Of a stretch of DNA of 24,000 nt, positions 1-10,063 are shown one piece after another. Origin of the DNA: Fidelibacterota bacterium (GTDB taxonomy: Bacteria; Fidelibacterota; Marinisomatia; Marinisomatales; TCS55); assembly GCA_014239435.1 (NCBI GenBank), contig JAAZYX010000033.1, positions 64,871 through 88,870 on the forward strand. Direction: 5' to 3'. A program made the translations under genes and the position numbers. How positions within the stretch are numbered: position 1 is the stretch's first letter; each line of letters begins with the position of its first letter. The notes under the pieces were generated by a model that worked only from the letters and a program-made list of their open reading frames with translations, searched no databases and was not told the origin of the DNA.

Positions 1-879
1 AAGCCGCATGACTACCTTTTCTCCATGAATTGTCGGCAGAATTGAAACTCGAACATCAATATCCTTTGTTGTCGTTTTTATTCCGAATCGCCCATCCTGA
101 GATAAGCGACGTTCTGCAATATTGAGCTTGGATAGAATCTTTATTCTAGTAACCAAACCGCTAAGTGAAGATTTTGGGGGTGTCATTATCATTTGCAGGA
201 CACCATCAATTCGAATCCTGACTTCTACTGAATCCTGCTGAGGTTCAATATGAATATCTGTGGCGCGTTCTTTAATGGCTTCTTGTAAAATAAGATTTAC
301 TAATTTAACGATGGGAGCATCTTCGCTCGATGCTTTGTCCGGAGAAAGATCCACCTCTTCCTGATGGTCTTCATCCCCAGAAATGACTCTGATTCCTTCA
401 ATTGCTTCTTCTACCTCGCCAGATTTCTGAATTTTTCCATAAATTTCTTTCAGTGCTTTTGCAAGCGCAGACGGCGGCGCTACGTAAATTTCCGGATTAA
501 GGTCTGTATGCCGTTTTAATGCATCCACACCTATAAGGTTTTCGGGATCTTCCATTGCTACAATCAGAGATCCGCCATTTTTCCTGAGCGCAAGTATTCG
601 GTTCTGCATCGCAAAATCTTCCGGGATCAATCGTACCGCTTCCGGATCTGCTTTGAATAATTCATCCTCCGAAACAGACTTATATCCCAATTGGAGGGAG
701 TACACTTGTATCAATTCATCCTCAGTGATGTAGCCGGCTTTTACGAGAAGTGTCCCCAATTTATCGCTACTGTTTCTCTGGGATGACAGAGTTTTTTCCA
801 GATCAGATTCAGATATTTTCCCCTCATGAATAAGGATTTCACCGATCTTTTTGAACTGCGGATTAAATTCAGCGGACAT
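1..879 (-). CDS. pilB: Type IV pilus assembly ATPase PilB/GspE-like, N-terminal part (truncated by window edge)
   Basis: Open reading frame read manually from ATG at 879 to the window edge: MSAEFNPQFKKIGEILIHEGKISESDLEKTL...GTLLVKAGYITEDELIQVYS (MshEN-type domain), followed by ERATDIHIEPQQDSVEVRIRIDG...LSKLNIAERRLSQDGRFG, typical of PilB/GspE. Missing from the ORF track because its stop is outside the window. Confidence 0.93.
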   Translation of the reverse strand, partial: MSAEFNPQFKKIGEILIHEGKISESDLEKTLSSQRNSSDKLGTLLVKAGYITEDELIQVYSLQLGYKSVSEDELFKADPEAVRLIPEDFAMQNRILALRKNGGSLIVAMEDPENLIGVDALKRHTDLNPEIYVAPPSALAKALKEIYGKIQKSGEVEEAIEGIRVISGDEDHQEEVDLSPDKASSEDAPIVKLVNLILQEAIKERATDIHIEPQQDSVEVRIRIDGVLQMIMTPPKSSLSGLVTRIKILSKLNIAERRLSQDGRFGIKTTTKDIDVRVSILPTIHGEKVVMRL

Positions 880-3064
880 CGTTAACACTTTCTGCTTTGG
901 GATTACCATCCCAAGAACGAATGAATTCTATAGAAACCGGATCACTGGAAATACCAACCGGGTCCAAAAGCGTTGCTCCAACCGTAGACGTAAAATCATT
1001 ATACTGTGTTGGATCGCTATTTGGAATCGGTGTGCACAGTGTTTGAGCAAATGACATTACCACGCGTGTATACCCATCATCATCTGTCCGGACGATTGGA
1101 TTTCCGCACTCCACAATGTGCGGATATCCCGTCCATTTTTTATCATCATCAGCATCCGTATATGTTTCTGTCCATGCCTCACTTGTATCATGCCAAGTGT
1201 TTTCATTTGCGTCAAGCCAGCTGAAGCATCCATCTCCTACACCTGTATTTTGCGGTCCCCATCCATCGTCATCATGAGCCTCGCCGTATTCTGTGTATGC
1301 ACTCGCACCGGCAGCAGAAAACATGATTCTAGCATCCTTGATCGGATTTGCATAATGATCCAAAATCCGCGCTGTGGCGGTAATACTTGCCGGTGTCCCA
1401 CCGACAGTAAAGTCATGGTAAGTTGAACTTACAAATAAGGTCAGCGAGCCATTCATTCCTTCGTAAAAAGGCATGACAACATTATCCTCGATGCTTGCCA
1501 TCACCGTATCCCCATAGACACCGTCACCATTGACATCACCTCCAAAACACAATGCGCTGACTACCGCATTGCTCAGCATATCATGGCTTGGAAAAATGAT
1601 AGTTGAAAATGCCATTCCCGGGAAAAATTCTTCATTCTTGTTCATATTCCCGGTAAAACTTACACCTTCAATTTGCGCTGCAAGCACATCATCAAGATCA
1701 TCATCGGCGATGCGCATAGACCAATATACATAGGTGCTGTCTGCCACAGGATTGTTCCAAAGATCGTACACCATTGCAGCAACCTGCATTTCATAAAACC
1801 CGGCACCGATGGGCGTAACATCGTTCAAATCGTAATCCGGAAAAATACTCATGGCAGGACCGGTTGCGATAATGACCGGAACTGCATTTGATGAAATAAA
1901 AGATGTATCATAAGATACAGTTGCCGTTACTCGAACCGGACCGGGCCCTGTGCCACTGTTCAGGGAAACGGTAGCAACACCATTTATGGTATAGGTTGTA
2001 TCTGAAATTCCGGCATTGTTTATATTTGCGTCTGTCGGGATATTCGGCCCAAGTGTAAAAGTGACAAGAGTCGGTTCATTGACCAATACTCCGTTTTCAT
2101 CATATACATTTGCGTTAAGATTCGTTGATTCAATTCCGCCGCCACCCACAATGATTAATTCATCAGGATTACACGGAGGAATTTCGATGTACGCCGGAAC
2201 GCCGCTGTAAGCAGTATCTACAATCGTAATACTTACGGAATCCCACACGGTGCCAAAACTCGGATGATTGAAGGCAGCTCTTAATGTGATCACTCCTTCT
2301 TCTTCCGGATTTCCGGTATCTTCAAACGTAGTGGATGCAATACCCGTTGAATCGGTTGCCTTAAAATTTTCGCCGAATAGACCTTTATCATCTTTGGAAT
2401 AGAAAAAGATATCCGCTCCCTGTACAGGTGTGTTACTTCGTTTAGCCAAAACCTTGGCTTCCAAAGTGGCTTTTGCATTTCCGCCGAGATTGATGGATTC
2501 TTTATCAGAACTGAATTGGAGGCTGTAGGGCCATAAGGTAACTGCCGCTGTATCGAATACGTCAAATTGTGCAGTTGCTGTTACAATATCATCCGTACTT
2601 CCTTCTGTTGCTGTAAAGGTTGCAGTGACTTTTACTCCTTCAAACGTTTGAGTGGATGAATTGTCATAGGCAGAAACACTACCGTCGTAAAATTTGACAT
2701 TTACCATCCCTGTTGAATTTGTATAATCAGACGAAAGATCAAAACTTCCAAACTCAGATCCGCTGACTTCGGCAGCAAAACTGATAAGTTTTTCTGTAAC
2801 GGCAGATCCTGCAGTATCTGTTAAAGTAGCCGATATATAAGTAAACGGAGAACTTGCCTGAGTTCCTGCAAAATCTTCTCCAACACTCACGCTATTATTG
2901 AGGGAATCAATCGCCATGGGTTGAGCAACAACTGAGAGGTTATATTTTGCCGCCTCCGATCCGGATGACGATCCATTGGAATCTACCGGAGTTTGTTCAT
3001 CGCAAGTGATAAACAATAAGAGTCCTGTTAAAACGGGAGTTAAAAAATTGAAATTATTCTTCAT
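869..3064 (-). CDS. Secreted/lipoprotein with bacterial Ig-like (Big_1/invasin-type) repeats
   Basis: The ORF runs 869..3073; the likelier start is the internal Met at 3064 (MKNNFNFLTPVLTGLLLFITCDEQ), a lipoprotein-like signal. Repeated segments such as SVGGTPASITATARILDHYANPIKDARIMFSA and GGNAKATLEAKVLAKRSNTPVQGADIFFYSKDDKGLFGENFKATDSTGIAS resemble Big_1 domains. Confidence 0.75.
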   Translation of the reverse strand: MKNNFNFLTPVLTGLLLFITCDEQTPVDSNGSSSGSEAAKYNLSVVAQPMAIDSLNNSVSVGEDFAGTQASSPFTYISATLTDTAGSAVTEKLISFAAEVSGSEFGSFDLSSDYTNSTGMVNVKFYDGSVSAYDNSSTQTFEGVKVTATFTATEGSTDDIVTATAQFDVFDTAAVTLWPYSLQFSSDKESINLGGNAKATLEAKVLAKRSNTPVQGADIFFYSKDDKGLFGENFKATDSTGIASTTFEDTGNPEEEGVITLRAAFNHPSFGTVWDSVSITIVDTAYSGVPAYIEIPPCNPDELIIVGGGGIESTNLNANVYDENGVLVNEPTLVTFTLGPNIPTDANINNAGISDTTYTINGVATVSLNSGTGPGPVRVTATVSYDTSFISSNAVPVIIATGPAMSIFPDYDLNDVTPIGAGFYEMQVAAMVYDLWNNPVADSTYVYWSMRIADDDLDDVLAAQIEGVSFTGNMNKNEEFFPGMAFSTIIFPSHDMLSNAVVSALCFGGDVNGDGVYGDTVMASIEDNVVMPFYEGMNGSLTLFVSSTYHDFTVGGTPASITATARILDHYANPIKDARIMFSAAGASAYTEYGEAHDDDGWGPQNTGVGDGCFSWLDANENTWHDTSEAWTETYTDADDDKKWTGYPHIVECGNPIVRTDDDGYTRVVMSFAQTLCTPIPNSDPTQYNDFTSTVGATLLDPVGISSDPVSIEFIRSWDGNPKAESVNDVR

Positions 3065-4580
3065 CAGATTCATCCTTTTCCTGGGTTTCTGATTTTGGTT
3101 CGGTTTCAGTTTCCGATTCCGTTACTGATTCTTCCGAATCCGCTTCTTTTAATTGAATGATTGTTCCCTCAAGCTCTATCATTTCTTCACGCTTAAGGAT
3201 GCCGGTGTAGTTGTCTTTGACGACGGTCGGTGTAATTTGAATAATGAGATCGGTTGTTCTGTCTGCAACCGTAGTCCCTGTAAAAAGTTTATTTCCAAGA
3301 AGTGGAATCTTATTTAAATAAGGTACTTTATATTCAGTGACCGTTTTGTCTTTGCTAATCAATCCGCCAATAATAATAGATTCCCCATCCCGTACTCTAA
3401 TCGTCGTTGAAGATAGTCTGCTTTTGACTCGGGGAATGTTATTGTCCGGCCCAATGAATTCAAAAATGGAGGATACTTCAGGCTCAACCCTAACCGTAAT
3501 GTAGCCATCCGTATTTACTTTTGGATTGATAGTCAGTTTAATTCCGACTTCTTCCCGCTGCACCTGAACCTGACCTCCGACACCGCCTGAACTCAAGATA
3601 TACGGAACAATGTCAATCATTTTGATATAGGCTTCTCTTCCATTTAAAGTAACCAATTTAGAATTCGCTAAAACCTGCGCCTTATTTTCCTTCATCAGGA
3701 AATCAAGCGTCACATCGAAAGCAGTAAGCTGGCGACTGAATTTTGTTGGCAAAACGCTTTGATCACTTTCATCGGTAAAGTACAGCCGATTAAACGGCAT
3801 ATCCGAAGGGAGCTGCTCAAACGGCATGCCGGAATATTCTTCCACAACCCCCGTACCGTCCTCATTTGCAGATTGGCCTAATCCGGGCACCACACTTCCG
3901 GCCCCGGTTACACCGTGCGGCGGTTTTCCGCTTTCCGCGAGAATGCTTGTGTATTTTGCCAGTTTGGACCAATCAATGCCTGCCTTTTCTTCTTCATCCA
4001 AGGCCACTTCAATCAGCCGGGTTTCTAGCATGATTTGAATCGCGGGAATATCAATTTCACGGATCACTTCTTCAATTTCTGCTATCTTTTTGGGTGACGC
4101 GTTCACCAAAAGTTTATTACCAGATACGTCTACCTGAATTTTATCCGTTAAATCCTTTAGCAATTCTTTTATTTCTATGGCGTCGGCATATTTCAGTTCA
4201 ACTACATGGGATGTTATTCCGACCTCTTCCACTAATTTTTTTGGATCCGCGATCAAAAAGGAATTTCCCACAACTTCGTAACTAAGCCCTACTGCTCGAA
4301 CTACTAAGTTTATCGCCTGTTCAATCGGCACATCATCCAAATGGATTGTAATTTTATCCTGCCGGTTTACATTCGGGCCGGTAACAATATTGTACCCGCT
4401 TTCATTCGCGAGGATAGCAAGAATGCTCGGTAAAAATGCATCTTCTGCATGGATAGTAACCAATGTGGGTTCCAAGGCCTCCTTTGCGGAAACGGTACCA
4501 ATCGTTTTATCTGTCTTCTCCTGAGCCGCTAAACAGCTAACCAGCATGCAAGCTAGCAGTATCGTCATCAACCATTTCAT
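3054..4580 (-). CDS. pilQ: Type IV pilus secretin PilQ
   Basis: Start placed at MKWLMTILLACMLVSCL (internal Met of the 521-aa ORF), leaving no overlap with the upstream gene. Secretin domain: AIDIPAIQIMLETRLIEVALDEEEKAGIDW, VKLTINPKVNTDGYITVRVEPEVSSI, VRDGESIIIGGLISKDKTVTEYKVPYLNKIPLLGNKLF. Acidic C-terminal tail. Confidence 0.93.
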   Translation of the reverse strand: MKWLMTILLACMLVSCLAAQEKTDKTIGTVSAKEALEPTLVTIHAEDAFLPSILAILANESGYNIVTGPNVNRQDKITIHLDDVPIEQAINLVVRAVGLSYEVVGNSFLIADPKKLVEEVGITSHVVELKYADAIEIKELLKDLTDKIQVDVSGNKLLVNASPKKIAEIEEVIREIDIPAIQIMLETRLIEVALDEEEKAGIDWSKLAKYTSILAESGKPPHGVTGAGSVVPGLGQSANEDGTGVVEEYSGMPFEQLPSDMPFNRLYFTDESDQSVLPTKFSRQLTAFDVTLDFLMKENKAQVLANSKLVTLNGREAYIKMIDIVPYILSSGGVGGQVQVQREEVGIKLTINPKVNTDGYITVRVEPEVSSIFEFIGPDNNIPRVKSRLSSTTIRVRDGESIIIGGLISKDKTVTEYKVPYLNKIPLLGNKLFTGTTVADRTTDLIIQITPTVVKDNYTGILKREEMIELEGTIIQLKEADSEESVTESETETEPKSETQEKDESDEE

Positions 4581-4581
4581 A

Positions 4582-5112
4582 TCAATATTCTCTCCTCTGC
4601 CCGTTTTTTGAGGTGACATCCTCTTCTACACTAAGTCCAGAAACCTGATAATGTATTTCTTTATTTTCTGAGATAATGACGACTTCCTCAGAATCAATCC
4701 AAACGACTTCTCCATTAGCAACAGAATCACCAACCGTAACCACAAAATTCTTATCTCGATAATTCACGATGGCTCTTTGGGTGGATCCGTCGATAATTGC
4801 GGTTATGCGAAGTTTCCCGCTTTTGCGATACCGCATCGGCCTTCCATATGCATCCGTAAGGTACAATACATTTGTAAGGCGCATCGGCTCTTCTTCCAGA
4901 GCAAATTGAAATTCACTTCTGTTTAACAGCCGTGTTTCTAAAAATTCAATCACCTGTTCCAGTTCTTCATCCGTTCCGAATTGAATCTGTTCCGCCCGTT
5001 CCTTTGCACCGGTCCATTTTTTATTCAACGGATATACTTTGGAAGCCATAATTCCAAGAGAAAGCGTGCTCATAATCAGGAGTATAACCCAGACTGTTCT
5101 GTCCCTGCTCAC
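4582..5112 (-). CDS. PilP-position pilus assembly protein (divergent)
   Basis: 176-aa ORF with one N-terminal TM segment, located between pilO and pilQ where pilP normally sits; overlaps pilO stop by 4 nt. The C-terminal half (AIVNYRDKNFVVTVGDSVANGEVVWIDSEEVVIISENKEIHYQV) looks like a PilP/GspC-type HR domain. Confidence 0.6.
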   Translation of the reverse strand: MSRDRTVWVILLIMSTLSLGIMASKVYPLNKKWTGAKERAEQIQFGTDEELEQVIEFLETRLLNRSEFQFALEEEPMRLTNVLYLTDAYGRPMRYRKSGKLRITAIIDGSTQRAIVNYRDKNFVVTVGDSVANGEVVWIDSEEVVIISENKEIHYQVSGLSVEEDVTSKNGQRREY

Positions 5113-5678
5113 GATGATATTCCTTTTGATTTCACCAATGTTAAAGTTGACAGATGCAGTTCAACAATCTGCTCTTTAAGATCGCCTTCATCGGTAGTCG
5201 TTTTTACACGTTCTATTCCGTTTTTCACCAGAAATTCATCAATCGTAATTAATCTGGGAGACCGTTCAATTTCAGCGATAAATTTCCCCAATTGATCAAA
5301 ATCACACTTTAATAGCAATTCATACGGAGCACTATAATAGTTGCCTTTTTTCTCACGCGGCTTTGGTTTGATATTCATAAGCGTTACGCCAAGATTATTC
5401 ATCATTTCCGTCAAATTCTGTAAAAAAGGCATGGATGCATCTTCAGCAATAGAATCTGCCATACTAATTGCCAAATTTTCATCAAACAAGGTGTACACTC
5501 TGTCAAGCTTGCTGGCTAAAATCTGAGCGCTGATTAGCTGTTCGTTCAATTCTTCCTGTTCATCTTCCAAGTCCATCATGGTTACGGGATGGTTTCCAAT
5601 CGAAAACTTGAAATTGAGCCAGAAAGCAATGGATAATCCAATAAGCCCGAAGAATAGAATGGTGTTTCTTTGCTTCAT
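5109..5678 (-). CDS. pilO: Type IV pilus assembly protein PilO
   Basis: 189 aa, N-terminal TM, coiled-coil, then ferredoxin-like fold (YYSAPYELLLKCDFDQLGKFIAEIERSPRLITIDEFLVK); position after pilN with 4-nt overlap. Confidence 0.85.
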   Translation of the reverse strand: MKQRNTILFFGLIGLSIAFWLNFKFSIGNHPVTMMDLEDEQEELNEQLISAQILASKLDRVYTLFDENLAISMADSIAEDASMPFLQNLTEMMNNLGVTLMNIKPKPREKKGNYYSAPYELLLKCDFDQLGKFIAEIERSPRLITIDEFLVKNGIERVKTTTDEGDLKEQIVELHLSTLTLVKSKGISS

Positions 5679-6271
5679 GATGACTTCGGCTTTCCGCCGC
5701 CGGGCTTTAATTTGGCTTCAATTCTGAATTCATAAATATCTTGTCCCCGCACTTGTTTACGCGATCCCTGATCAAATTTAATCCTGCTGAAATTATTTGA
5801 AAATTCACGGTTATTTTTTAGTGTATTAATAAAATTGTACACAATTCCAAACTTTTGCTGTTCATCCTGATAAATAACGCCAATCCCTTCAATAATCATT
5901 TTATTATTGCGGTATTTAAGTCCGGTTATCGCCATATCCTCGGGAGTCATTTCACCTAATAACTCAAGATAGCGAGCCCACAAGTACCGGTTTCTTTCTA
6001 AATCCGCTAACGCAATAATGTCATCCTTTGAAAGGTTTTTACCCTTTTTCCGAAGATTATTGATGTCTTCTTTTACCAGAGCTATTTCGGATTTTTTCTG
6101 ATCAATCAGGGCACGGTATCCATGTCCTATCATCCAAACACCGATGTTCGAACCCAGCAAAAGAATAACAATGATTCCAAACATGCTCCACCTTACACGG
6201 TCTCGCCAGACTTCAATCCGAGCCTCTTTCGTTTCGGACTGGTTTAGGTTGATGGTGATAAACTTATTCAC
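5675..6271 (-). CDS. pilN: Type IV pilus assembly protein PilN
   Basis: MNKFITINLNQSETKEARIEVWRDRVRWSMFGIIVILLLGSNIGVW: N-terminal INLN motif binding PilM, TM and coiled-coil; 4-nt overlap with pilM. Confidence 0.85.
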   Translation of the reverse strand: MNKFITINLNQSETKEARIEVWRDRVRWSMFGIIVILLLGSNIGVWMIGHGYRALIDQKKSEIALVKEDINNLRKKGKNLSKDDIIALADLERNRYLWARYLELLGEMTPEDMAITGLKYRNNKMIIEGIGVIYQDEQQKFGIVYNFINTLKNNREFSNNFSRIKFDQGSRKQVRGQDIYEFRIEAKLKPGGGKPKSS

Positions 6272-7323
6272 GCAACTATTCCTCCCCGAATGGCAAGCCC
6301 AACCGCAACACAGTATTGGCCGGGATTAGGAATGTCCTGCCCTTCTGTGCCTTCCAGAGCCGCCAAGGGATTAAATACTTCCACATCAATATTCAGCTTA
6401 CTTTGAATATAGTCGCCAATGCCGGGAGTGCCGGCGCCACCTCCGGTGAGATAGATCTTTTGAAAGAAGCTTTGGTTGGTTGTTTTGGCATAATATCTAA
6501 GGGATCTCCGAACATCTTCCACCAAATTGTCAAAGACCGTTCTCTGTGCTTCCGCCAAGCCAATTTCCTGAGATCCATTCGATTGGTTGAACGCATCAAC
6601 CCCGTCTTTGTACAGTTCATCCTGTGCCGTTACATAATCCATTTTTCGGGCATCGGATAATCCCTTTACAAAATGGTGCCCGCCCACTGGAATGTCTCTT
6701 GTAAAGAAAGAATCCTTTTTTCCCCAGACCACCAAGGAACTGGAAACAGCGCCAATGTCCAACAAAACAATTACGCCATCTTCGGGAAAATCCTGATCGA
6801 GTGCAAATGAATTTGAAAGTGCAATTGGATCGGTATCCACTATGCCGGGCTTGAATCCTGCCTCCTTTAATAAATCTAAATGGCCATTCAGCACGCGCTT
6901 GGTACATGCCACCATTCCAACATCAATTTTGTCCACTTCTTTCGGATTCTGTCCAAAAATCTGAAAATCAATAACCGCATCTGTGCCATCCATTGGAATG
7001 TGTTTCCTCGCTTCAAATGTAAGCGCCGAATGCAGCTCCTCAGTTGCCATGTCCATCGTCATAATTTGGCGGACACTCACATTGGTGCCATTAATATTGC
7101 TCACAAGATTTCGCGCCCGTTTAGGATTGACCTTTTGCTGCTTCAGGATTTCCTTAATCGCCATCACAACGATAGGCCGGCTTACTTCCTCCGGATCAAA
7201 TGCTTTATGTTGTTCAGGGATGAGTCGTTGCGAAGCGTTAATCAGTTTATATCCGCCGGACCGCAATTTTTCAACGGTTACTGTTTTGATATACTGTCTG
7301 CCTACATCCAATCCAAGAATCAT
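6268..7323 (-). CDS. pilM: Type IV pilus assembly actin-like ATPase PilM
   Basis: 351 aa: MILGLDVGRQYIKTVTVEK..., VLLDIGAVSSSLVVW, IYLTGGGAGTPGIGDYIQSKLNIDVEVFNPL are characteristic PilM motifs. Confidence 0.93.
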   Translation of the reverse strand: MILGLDVGRQYIKTVTVEKLRSGGYKLINASQRLIPEQHKAFDPEEVSRPIVVMAIKEILKQQKVNPKRARNLVSNINGTNVSVRQIMTMDMATEELHSALTFEARKHIPMDGTDAVIDFQIFGQNPKEVDKIDVGMVACTKRVLNGHLDLLKEAGFKPGIVDTDPIALSNSFALDQDFPEDGVIVLLDIGAVSSSLVVWGKKDSFFTRDIPVGGHHFVKGLSDARKMDYVTAQDELYKDGVDAFNQSNGSQEIGLAEAQRTVFDNLVEDVRRSLRYYAKTTNQSFFQKIYLTGGGAGTPGIGDYIQSKLNIDVEVFNPLAALEGTEGQDIPNPGQYCVAVGLAIRGGIVA

Positions 7324-9440
7324 TAGTCCGACTCCCCGCTTCGTGTGGGAACTTCGCTGTAACTTTTCAAAACCAATTTCATTCCTCCGTCAGCACCGGT
7401 CGTGTTGGGGAAATTTGGCGGAGGATAAAAATCACTGAAATTGAAATCATAATGATAACTCTTATCGTATCCGATCCAGTAATTCGCATAGCTTCCAGGA
7501 GGATTCCGTTTCATGAAGCCCCGTAAATTTTGTGTAACGGAACCGTATAACTTTATCGTTCCTCGTAAGTCATTGGATGTGGATTGCTGGGTGGTTGAAG
7601 TCGGATTTCTAAAAGTCCCGCGGCCGTCTGCTTTTGAGGTGGCCGGACTTGAGGCGTAATACGGCGCTTGAGTTGCCGTATAGTATCCATTTTCTGCCGC
7701 CCCCGGAACTGAGTTCTGCCAGTAATGCGCTACAAAGGAATCATGCATTGCAATAATACCAGCATTGATAATGATATCTTGACCATATGCCCGATTTTTT
7801 GCACCATTCTCTGAGGTATTTGCGATGATTACATTTCCGCCTGAAACAAGTCCAAGGCGATTGGGCGTACCGTACACAACCTCTCCTGTGTTTTGATTTG
7901 AATCCGTATAAATAATATCATCTATCAACCAAATATTATTCCAAACTCTGTCAATAATTGTATGATCGTCCTGCCGTCTGTATTCCGTATAATTATCCGT
8001 TACAATCGTAAACTGTCCATCAACTTCTCCATGCACTCTCACCTGTCCATCCTTTACAAAAATCACAGCGCGGTCTTTATGGAATGTCGTCCAATTCATG
8101 ATATAATCTGTTCCATTCGGAGGTTCAAAATCGAAATGGTGAAATCCGGTTGACTGGCACACACTTGTTCCATCATCTGCGTGATTATGAAAAAACCCGA
8201 AATGATTAAATTGTTCAGATGCCATTCCGGTCCGATGAGATAACTGGACAGATTCACCCTCCACAAAACCGCCGGTAAAAAACCCACCCTGTTCCTGATA
8301 GTCCACTTTAAAAATATAATCACCGCTGCTGGTGGATTTTCCGGTTATGACTGAAATCCAATATTTATAACTCGTGTCCACAGAGGATATGACAATGGTG
8401 TCGCCGATACTGTATCCGTTGAGAACGTCGTCAACGCCATCGCCGTCGGAATCGTAATCGCTTAAAAATACCGAATCCACAAATCCGTATCCGGTGGTAT
8501 TGCTAAACGGCAAATCAACACCGATTTTCCCATCATTCAATCCGCTCACGGTATTGTCCTCATCCCACGTGTACGACAAGGTCGGCTGTCCATCTTCGGT
8601 CACTGGAGGAATGGCATACGCCCATTGAGCCACTTTAAATCCACCGGTGATAAACTCAATCTCAGTCATGATAAGCGAATCCTTAATGGCGCCTCTCCAC
8701 AGCAGCTCATCCGCTGTGAATACATAATCCGCAGAATTTTTAACACGCTCAACAGTATTGGTAGGTGGATATGAAATTACATCTGCTGAGTCGTCGTAGG
8801 TTGCATTCGCGAACGATGTTTCTTCACAGTTGCCCATATTAATTCCAAGGGAAGCATTCACTTGTCCGTTAAATTTCGGGCAGCCGTAAGCACTCATGGT
8901 TATTTCGCCGTTTGTATGGACAACACCCTCAAGGGTGTCAGATGCGCCAAATGTTACTGTACCGCTCGTGTACGGTCCGCCGCCGGGTTCTTCTGAATTG
9001 GTGAAATACATAAATTTTGAAAAATCCTCCGCAACAAGATTCACTTCCGCCTTCCGTTCAATTTCGACGGATTTCCCCTCACTATTTTGAAATTCTGCGG
9101 TACCCCATGCGCTTGCGTAAAAATAGGTCTTCCCATAATCATCTACATATGAAGAACACACTACATCATGGTAAAAACCGTCAAATTCAGGGCTTTCACT
9201 AAACTTCACTTTTTGCGTAGCCAACACCATGACCTGATCATATAAATACGGTAATTGCGGCATGCCTACTTTATTGATTCCTGTCTCTGCTAGCAGCAGT
9301 GCAGACGATTCCGCAAAACGATATTTTTCGACAACCGATGCCGAAAGTGAATACCGTAAATAGGCAATGGTTAGAAGAAGGCTGATCATGGTAAAAATGA
9401 CAGCCGTAATGGTGGCTGTACCTTTTTGAAACTGTTTCAT
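7323..9440 (-). CDS. DUF4900 / PilX-like large pilus-associated protein
   Basis: 705 aa with N-terminal TM (GTATITAVIFTMISLLLTIAYLRYSLSASVVEKYRFAESSALLLAETGI), typical of PilX-like minor pilus proteins, followed by LEGVVHTNGEITMSAYGCPKFNGQV (DUF4900-like). Sits inside the pilus operon. Confidence 0.7.
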   Translation of the reverse strand: MKQFQKGTATITAVIFTMISLLLTIAYLRYSLSASVVEKYRFAESSALLLAETGINKVGMPQLPYLYDQVMVLATQKVKFSESPEFDGFYHDVVCSSYVDDYGKTYFYASAWGTAEFQNSEGKSVEIERKAEVNLVAEDFSKFMYFTNSEEPGGGPYTSGTVTFGASDTLEGVVHTNGEITMSAYGCPKFNGQVNASLGINMGNCEETSFANATYDDSADVISYPPTNTVERVKNSADYVFTADELLWRGAIKDSLIMTEIEFITGGFKVAQWAYAIPPVTEDGQPTLSYTWDEDNTVSGLNDGKIGVDLPFSNTTGYGFVDSVFLSDYDSDGDGVDDVLNGYSIGDTIVISSVDTSYKYWISVITGKSTSSGDYIFKVDYQEQGGFFTGGFVEGESVQLSHRTGMASEQFNHFGFFHNHADDGTSVCQSTGFHHFDFEPPNGTDYIMNWTTFHKDRAVIFVKDGQVRVHGEVDGQFTIVTDNYTEYRRQDDHTIIDRVWNNIWLIDDIIYTDSNQNTGEVVYGTPNRLGLVSGGNVIIANTSENGAKNRAYGQDIIINAGIIAMHDSFVAHYWQNSVPGAAENGYYTATQAPYYASSPATSKADGRGTFRNPTSTTQQSTSNDLRGTIKLYGSVTQNLRGFMKRNPPGSYANYWIGYDKSYHYDFNFSDFYPPPNFPNTTGADGGMKLVLKSYSEVPTRSGESD

Positions 9441-10063
9441 GATTCCATCCCCTGTTTTGTTACTTCAAAAAGAGAAATATATTTATTCGGCATAAAAACA
9501 GACCTCCTTACCCTGATTTTCGTATCCATCGGATTTTGATCGCTCACGTCCGTTTCCACAGAAAAAATTAATTCCAAATTCCAGGTAGCTTCGGCATATC
9601 GTTGAAGCTCAGGTCTTTCTTCCATTCTTTGATCTGCCTTAAATGTTTCAAGCCTTACAATCCGCTGGCCGTTATCACGAAAGCGGCCTTTCCGGGGAAA
9701 TCCGAGCGTACCTCCAACAGGATTTCTTCCATCAAACTGAATCCCATCTAGCGCATGTCCGGAAATGACGATATTGGATTCATTACCAAGTTTATCATAC
9801 TGGTAAAGACGAAGCCGAGCATAGCCATTGGCAAAATCTCTCTCGATAAATCTTGATGTACTAATTTCGTGCATTATTTCCCGCATCACCGCCTGCCCAT
9901 ACTGGCGGACTTCGAGCAAAACCGAATCATTCTGATAATGAAATAGAATAGCCCGCACGCCCATTGAAAGACCCACCACCATTATTCCAATCACTGTGAT
10001 GGATGTAACCAATTCAATGAGAGTCAATCCAGAAGAGCTGCGTTTCACCCAAGAAAACTTCAT
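9437..10063 (-). CDS. Minor pseudopilin, PilW/GspJ-like, prepilin-type N-terminal methylation motif
   Basis: SSSGLTLIELVTSITVIGIMVVGLSMGVRAILF; 4-nt overlaps with neighbours. Confidence 0.85.
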   Translation of the reverse strand: MKFSWVKRSSSGLTLIELVTSITVIGIMVVGLSMGVRAILFHYQNDSVLLEVRQYGQAVMREIMHEISTSRFIERDFANGYARLRLYQYDKLGNESNIVISGHALDGIQFDGRNPVGGTLGFPRKGRFRDNGQRIVRLETFKADQRMEERPELQRYAEATWNLELIFSVETDVSDQNPMDTKIRVRRSVFMPNKYISLFEVTKQGMES

